Source: a virus
Taxonomy: Duplodnaviria > Caudoviricetes
Length of the DNA stretch: 64,000 bases
Strand: one strand, 5' to 3'
IMG/VR virus record: IMGVR_UViG_3300001525_000092
Coordinates: 32,001 to 96,000 of that record
The notes beneath the pieces were generated by a model. It worked only from the letters and a program-made list of their open reading frames with translations, was not told the DNA's origin and made no database searches. The translations under genes were made by a program, and so were the position numbers. Positions 59,161 to 64,000 of this stretch are shown piece by piece; within the stretch, counting starts at the first letter, position 1, and every line of letters begins with the position of its first letter.

Positions 59161-59826
59161 ATGAAGATTATATATGATGAGATGTATCCTGAAGAGTTCT
59201 TCAGATATGGAGGTGTAGTTCTTGTTGGTAGCTGGAACTTCAAAGTAGAGACTTATGGTCATTGGAAACAGACTACTGCGGCTCATGCATGGAACTATGA
59301 CTACATCAACAAGTATGGAGGCGATGCTTGGATTGGTGACATGCACTTCTCTTATGACAAAGAGAACAATGTCTTCAAGTACAAAGGATCTTTTCCTAAA
59401 GTAGAGACAAATGATCCGTATGGTGTTCCTAATGTTTGCTTCAGTCTAGTTGATGATCAAGATGCAAGATGGGAGAAATATGCTAAGCAACGCAAAGAAC
59501 GTGGATTTGATGATTCAGAATTGTGGAATCTTGATTGCTCAATTGCTAAGTTCATCCTTCCTCGTCTTGAGAGATACCAAGAAATCAAGTGCGCACACCC
59601 TGCTAACTTGACAGAAGAAGAGTGGACAAGACGAGTTGCATTGATGATATCAGCATTCAAGACTTACTTGTATGACATTGACTTGACTAATGATGAGAAA
59701 GTCATCAAGAAATTCTGTAAGCAAGGCATCATCAAGAAGAATGTAGATGATGCATTGAAACTCCATAAAGAATATCTTGAAGGAATGGAGTACTTTCATA
59801 AGTATTGGACTTGGTTAGGTGACTAA
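59161..59826 (+). CDS. Conserved phage hypothetical protein
   Basis: RGFDDSELWNLD..IAKFILPRL domain. Confidence 0.6.
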   Translation: MKIIYDEMYPEEFFRYGGVVLVGSWNFKVETYGHWKQTTAAHAWNYDYINKYGGDAWIGDMHFSYDKENNVFKYKGSFPKVETNDPYGVPNVCFSLVDDQDARWEKYAKQRKERGFDDSELWNLDCSIAKFILPRLERYQEIKCAHPANLTEEEWTRRVALMISAFKTYLYDIDLTNDEKVIKKFCKQGIIKKNVDDALKLHKEYLEGMEYFHKYWTWLGD

Positions 59827-59829
59827 CCC

Positions 59830-59931
59830 AGATGCCGCCAGAAGTCGCTGGGCGCCGCTGGCGGCCGCGAAATGACTCAGACTATAAATTATATATCTGG
59901 ACAAATTTTAAGGCCGCCAGCGTCAAATTTA
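59830..59931 (+). repeat. Dispersed GC-rich element, copy F
   Basis: Same architecture; starts about 4 nt after a stop codon. Confidence 0.95.
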
Positions 59932-59961
59932 GCTTATTCATTAAACTTTATTAACATTAAT

Positions 59962-61047
59962 ATGAATTATGATGACATAATCATAAATATCATTTATTCT
60001 AAATCTAGACCTTCACAAAAATTCCTTAAGAACAAAATAAAATATTCTAATGTAGTAAATTATCTATTAAATAGATTTGATTATGTTGAAAATGTAAGAG
60101 AATCTTTAGATAGAATAAAATATCATATTGAATATAGACCTTGTTGTAAAAAATGTGGAAATATTGTGAAATACATTGGGTTGCGCAATGGATATCCTAA
60201 GTATAGAGATTTTTGTTCTTGCAAATGTTCAATGAATTCAGAACAAACAAAAGAAAATCTAAGGAAATCCATACAAGATAAATATGGAGTAGATAATGTA
60301 TTTCAAGATACTAAGATCAAAGAAAGAATAAAGAATACTTGGATAAACAAATATGGTGTAGATAATCCTAGAAAATCAGAATCGATAATTGCTAAAATTA
60401 ACAACACTTCAATTCGTAGATATGGCACATCATATCCTACGTCTAGTACTATAGTTCAAGATAACATAAAAAAATCTATTTTAGCTAAATATGGGTGTAA
60501 GTATTATTTTCTAAATAATGAATTTAAAGAAAAATCAAAACTTACTTGTGTCTGTAAATATGGTGTAGACAATTACATGAAAAGTGAAAAAGCGCGGATA
60601 TACATGCATGAAAAGATGTCTACAATTGAAGTACAACAAAAAAGAATAAATACTTGCATAAAACATAATACTTTCAATACTTCTAAAGTAGAAGAAGAAC
60701 TTCACTCATATATAAAAGAAAAATTTCCTTCAGTAAAGAGACAATATAGAGACAAAGAAAGATATCCATACAACTGTGACTTCTATATACCTGAGTTCGA
60801 TTTATTCTTGGAATTGCAAGGGAATTGGACACATGGAAAGCATGCATTTGATTCTACTTCTAAAGAAGATCAAGTCATATTAGAGGAATGGAAAGAGAAA
60901 AGCAAAGAACACCCTTACTATAGCAACGCAATAAAGACTTGGACTATATATGATGTGAATAAAAGAAACAAAGCAAAAGAAAACAACTTAAATTTTAAAG
61001 AAGTTTGGTCTCTAGATGAAGGAAAAGCATTCATAAATAATTTATAA
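59962..61047 (+). CDS. Putative homing endonuclease, paralog 3
   Basis: CKKCG..CSCKC, KYGVDN repeats, CDFYIPEFDLFLELQGNWTHG; the ORF-track start lies inside the repeat, so ATG 59962 is preferred. Confidence 0.75.
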   Translation: MNYDDIIINIIYSKSRPSQKFLKNKIKYSNVVNYLLNRFDYVENVRESLDRIKYHIEYRPCCKKCGNIVKYIGLRNGYPKYRDFCSCKCSMNSEQTKENLRKSIQDKYGVDNVFQDTKIKERIKNTWINKYGVDNPRKSESIIAKINNTSIRRYGTSYPTSSTIVQDNIKKSILAKYGCKYYFLNNEFKEKSKLTCVCKYGVDNYMKSEKARIYMHEKMSTIEVQQKRINTCIKHNTFNTSKVEEELHSYIKEKFPSVKRQYRDKERYPYNCDFYIPEFDLFLELQGNWTHGKHAFDSTSKEDQVILEEWKEKSKEHPYYSNAIKTWTIYDVNKRNKAKENNLNFKEVWSLDEGKAFINNL

Positions 61048-61051
61048 TAAA

Positions 61052-61079
61052 GAAAGTCCATTCAATTGAATGGACTTTC
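61052..61079. terminator. Perfect 28-bp palindrome between convergent genes
   Basis: GAAAGTCCATTCAATTGAATGGACTTTC. Confidence 0.75.
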
Positions 61080-61102
61080 ACTATGTTAAATATTCACTTA
61101 TA

Positions 61103-61369
61103 TTAGATAAAGAGTATCTCATTGAAATAGTCATTGTCAAGATGTTCTTGAACATATGCTTTTGCGTCCAATAGCGATTGACTCTCATTGATGCATCCAT
61201 CAGATGCTTGCAATGTGATGTCATTGTTTTCTGTAAGTTCAAGATCAACATTGAAGTGCTCTTTCAAGAATGAGCTACACTTTATGATTTCACAATCATA
61301 GTTCACTACTTTCTTCACGAACTCTTTGCATTCTTTAGTCTCAAATATCTTGTCATCTGTAAATTCCAT
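61103..61369 (-). CDS. Small acidic hypothetical protein
   Basis: 88-aa ORF. Confidence 0.55.
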   Translation of the reverse strand: MEFTDDKIFETKECKEFVKKVVNYDCEIIKCSSFLKEHFNVDLELTENNDITLQASDGCINESQSLLDAKAYVQEHLDNDYFNEILFI

Positions 61370-61401
61370 TTTTAGTAATTGAACATTAATTTATCTTTGC
61401 T

Positions 61402-62187
61402 TTATACACCAAATGAAGTGTCTGTGTTAGTACCATCTTCAGGCTTGTTTATTGTTGGTTCCTCTGGCTCCTTTAGCTTAGGACCATTCTCATCTTCTGT
61501 CAAGTAAGTGCGAAGATATGACATAATCTTCTCCGGAGTGAAATAATACTTATATAGGTAAAATACGATGTCATCGATATGTACACCAAACAAGTCAATT
61601 ATCATCTGCAATTGTGTTGTTGGGAAATCTTTGCTATCTTCGGTAATCTTAGCTTCACAGTTGATAGTAGGTGTAGGAGTCACTTTGCTAAACACATCTG
61701 TGATCATGTCTAGATGAGCTTTTTCTGTCTTAGCAGCAACAATGTCTGGATTGATAGGCGGAACAGGACAAGGAGGCTTAGGACCTGGCTTGCATCCACA
61801 ATCTGGCTTAGGAGGCATAGATGGCATAGGTGGTACACTAAAACCTGGATCTATCTCATTGCTTGGAATATCTGATGGACGTGAAGGTGGAGTTGGTCCT
61901 GGATTGTAGTCAGGAATTGTAGGTGTTCCTGGCTTCATGATGTTTCCGTTTCTGTCATAAGTTTCTTCTGACATCTGGTAGAACTCATTGCTGAACTCAT
62001 TCATGTCAATCATTCTTCCATCAGATAGCATCACAGACATTCCATTGTCACTAATGACACAGTCTCTTACTCTTACAGTCTCGCCTGTCTTCTTGCTTAT
62101 CCATTCACCTTTGATCTCCGGACCACCCATAGGAAACTCAGAACCAAATGCAGGAGGATAGTTGCCAGGCATGTTAAAATTGTTCAT
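61402..62187 (-). CDS. Hypothetical protein with a Pro-rich linker
   Basis: 261-aa ORF. Confidence 0.6.
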   Translation of the reverse strand: MNNFNMPGNYPPAFGSEFPMGGPEIKGEWISKKTGETVRVRDCVISDNGMSVMLSDGRMIDMNEFSNEFYQMSEETYDRNGNIMKPGTPTIPDYNPGPTPPSRPSDIPSNEIDPGFSVPPMPSMPPKPDCGCKPGPKPPCPVPPINPDIVAAKTEKAHLDMITDVFSKVTPTPTINCEAKITEDSKDFPTTQLQMIIDLFGVHIDDIVFYLYKYYFTPEKIMSYLRTYLTEDENGPKLKEPEEPTINKPEDGTNTDTSFGV

Positions 62188-62271
62188 ACGATTAAATTTA
62201 TGTTAACATATATTTCTGTCATTGACTAATATAGAAATCTACGCGTATTGATTTCATCAGTCAATGATATT

Positions 62272-62790
62272 TTATTTGCATTCTTCTTCAATAATCTTCT
62301 TTTCTTCTTCTGTTCCACTTACATAGCTTAGCATCTTTGTTATGATGTAGTCATCTAGCTCAGAAGAAGTGAAGTATAGCAAGTGTCTGTTCTTAGTAAG
62401 CTCAATGAACTCCCTTGCAGAACTCATCATAGACTTGTCTTTATGTATAGCATTAGAATCTATCCACACAATAGGAACATCTTTGATCTTCTTCTGTGAC
62501 ATGTTGTTGTACAACTCATAAGTCAAGCAAATTATGTCAGAAGCCTCATATTCATCTTTAGTATATCCTATGCTTACTTCTTTGTCTATAGTCTTCACAC
62601 ACAATATAGCATTGTTCTTGTATGCTAAGTATAGGTTGTCATTGTCTATGTAAGGTTGATTATCTTCTTTATTAAGATATGTACTGAACATCTTAGCAAC
62701 TCTTATTGTGTCATCTATAGACTTTAGCCTATTGACTAAGTGTCTCACTTTGTCATCATCTATGCTAACTATGAATATCTTGCTAGTCAT
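62272..62790 (-). CDS. Hypothetical protein, possibly a degenerate guanylate-kinase-like fold
   Basis: KIFIVS strand without an intact P-loop; weak overall pattern. Confidence 0.3.
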   Translation of the reverse strand: MTSKIFIVSIDDDKVRHLVNRLKSIDDTIRVAKMFSTYLNKEDNQPYIDNDNLYLAYKNNAILCVKTIDKEVSIGYTKDEYEASDIICLTYELYNNMSQKKIKDVPIVWIDSNAIHKDKSMMSSAREFIELTKNRHLLYFTSSELDDYIITKMLSYVSGTEEEKKIIEEECK

Positions 62791-62887
62791 CTAATTATAT
62801 AAAAGATTTTTCATTGAACTTGATTAAAAATAAAATTGACATGACTATAGTCATGCCAATTCAATGATACTAGGTAATTCTAGATAT

Positions 62888-64000
62888 TTATACATGATAC
62901 TTGCTATCTTCTTTCCATTTCACATAATATATTTGGTTATTATTACCGGAAAAAGTATTGCCATTAATTCTTCCATCACTTAATGTAGTCTCTATTGATA
63001 AGTTTCCTGCTTCATTCACTTTATTGGCTATATATTCGTATTTAAAGTACCATTCAGTTAAACCAGTTAAATCTATATTAGTGTAAATTTTTAAATCATC
63101 ATAATTAATGTTTAAATATTCATTACATTCTTTAAAGAACTCATCGGTATGGCTCAAATAATAATCATTTTTATGCTTTATCTTAGAAGTATTGAGCATA
63201 GGCATGTAACTATCTACAAAAGGTAGTTCTATATTGAATTTTTCATTTTCTTTGACATATCTTTCTTTTCTATTTACATAATTATCTGGTGTTACTCTAA
63301 TCTTAAATCCTGGATTTGTCTTATCAAACAATGTATTTGTCACATATTCATATTCTTCATATTTATTGCCTACTTTCCAAGATTCTGTTATATATAGAGG
63401 ATTGTCTTTTATAGTCATAGTTGCTAATGAAGTATCAGGGAGTGTATTATTGTTCACATAATATTTTACTATTTCTTCCGCGTCAATTATGATTATATAG
63501 TCATCAATATATGGGAATTTTTGTGTATTAGTTATTGATAAATAATCTTTTGTTAGCCCTATTTTTATACTAGGTATATTGCTTGGTGTAAGTTTTTTAA
63601 TTGAATACTTATGAATCTGAGAACTATCAAATGCACCGAGTAAGTACGTGTTATTTAAATTCAATGTTAATGTGCCATCTGTTTGATAATACAATTTATA
63701 GTTTGATAGAGTTTTGTTATTATTTTTTTTTCCTTGTTAGGTCGATTGTCTTCCGTGTGTTTCTATAAGGATTATTGTTGTCATCTGTATTTGGTTGTAT
63801 TACCCATGTCTCTGTATATTTTGTGTTTGATGTAGCAATCTCACTTCTTACTTTCACTGTATGATCACATACATATCCATTAGGATATGTCTTGTCTGAC
63901 TTATCAACTTCAGTAATTGTGCTTGCTATGTTGTCAAAGTACATAGTCTGTTCTTTTCCTGTCTCTTTGTTCTTGATAGTATAGTCGACTGAATTAGAAT
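62888..64000 (-). pseudogene. 3' part of a large gene entering from beyond the window, split by a frameshift in an A9 tract
   Basis: Frame open from the window edge to LTRKKK*; A8 instead of A9 (63723-63731) continues RKKNNNKTLSNYKLYYQTDG into ORF 62888-63694. Confidence 0.6.

Noticed and set aside
435-59660. Numerous short ORFs antisense to or nested in longer genes in the ORF track (for example 435-761, 23027-23266, 43432-43758, 57025-57303)
   Set aside because: These are shadow ORFs caused by biased codon usage or the GC repeat, with no motifs or plausible starts.
1-59931. GC-rich repeat as a CRISPR array or tRNA
   Set aside because: Copies are kilobases apart, with no repeat-spacer periodicity and no cloverleaf or T-loop consensus. 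I saw no tRNA or CRISPR array in the window.
59872-59961. N-terminal extension of endonuclease paralog 3
   Set aside because: It is translated repeat F sequence; the paralogs align from the ATG at 59962.
1-64000. Stop-codon reassignment (TAG=Gln) as in Lak megaphages
   Set aside because: Long core genes are intact under code 11 and TAG ends genes at natural termini (for example YLDPSF-TAG at 28498). The TAG after RVTG in nrdD is intron sequence.

Overview
This 64-kb window comes from an AT-rich (roughly one-third GC by eye), very large T4-related tailed phage read in the standard genetic code. The host is most likely an anaerobic Bacteroidota such as Prevotella or Bacteroides, judged from the OmpA, type V pilin-like and lipoprotein genes, a Bacteroidales-type DAHP synthase/chorismate mutase, NrdDG and TTTG-N19-TAnnTT promoters. 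Core genes are gp6-, gp25- and gp26-like baseplate proteins, gp32 SSB, gp46/47, an RNase H/5'-3' exonuclease, a lysozyme and NrdD/NrdG. Highlights: (1) a translationally coupled cluster of a U32-family Fe-S hydroxylase, DAHP synthase/chorismate mutase, a GT-B-like glycosyltransferase and a dNMP kinase, which suggests oxygen-independent, prephenate-supplied base hydroxylation and glycosylation of phage DNA; (2) six dispersed copies of an unannotated ~100-bp GC-rich element with several inverted repeats; (3) a group I intron that splits the NrdD glycyl-radical motif, with a free-standing HNH gene just downstream; (4) many proteins with a T4-like capsid-targeting N-terminus behind a shared putative late promoter, including enzymes (RimK-like ligases, one fused to NlpC/P60, and ART-fold, ParB and RelE-like proteins); (5) two homopolymer frameshifts. 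All calls come from motif recognition by eye; no searches were run.
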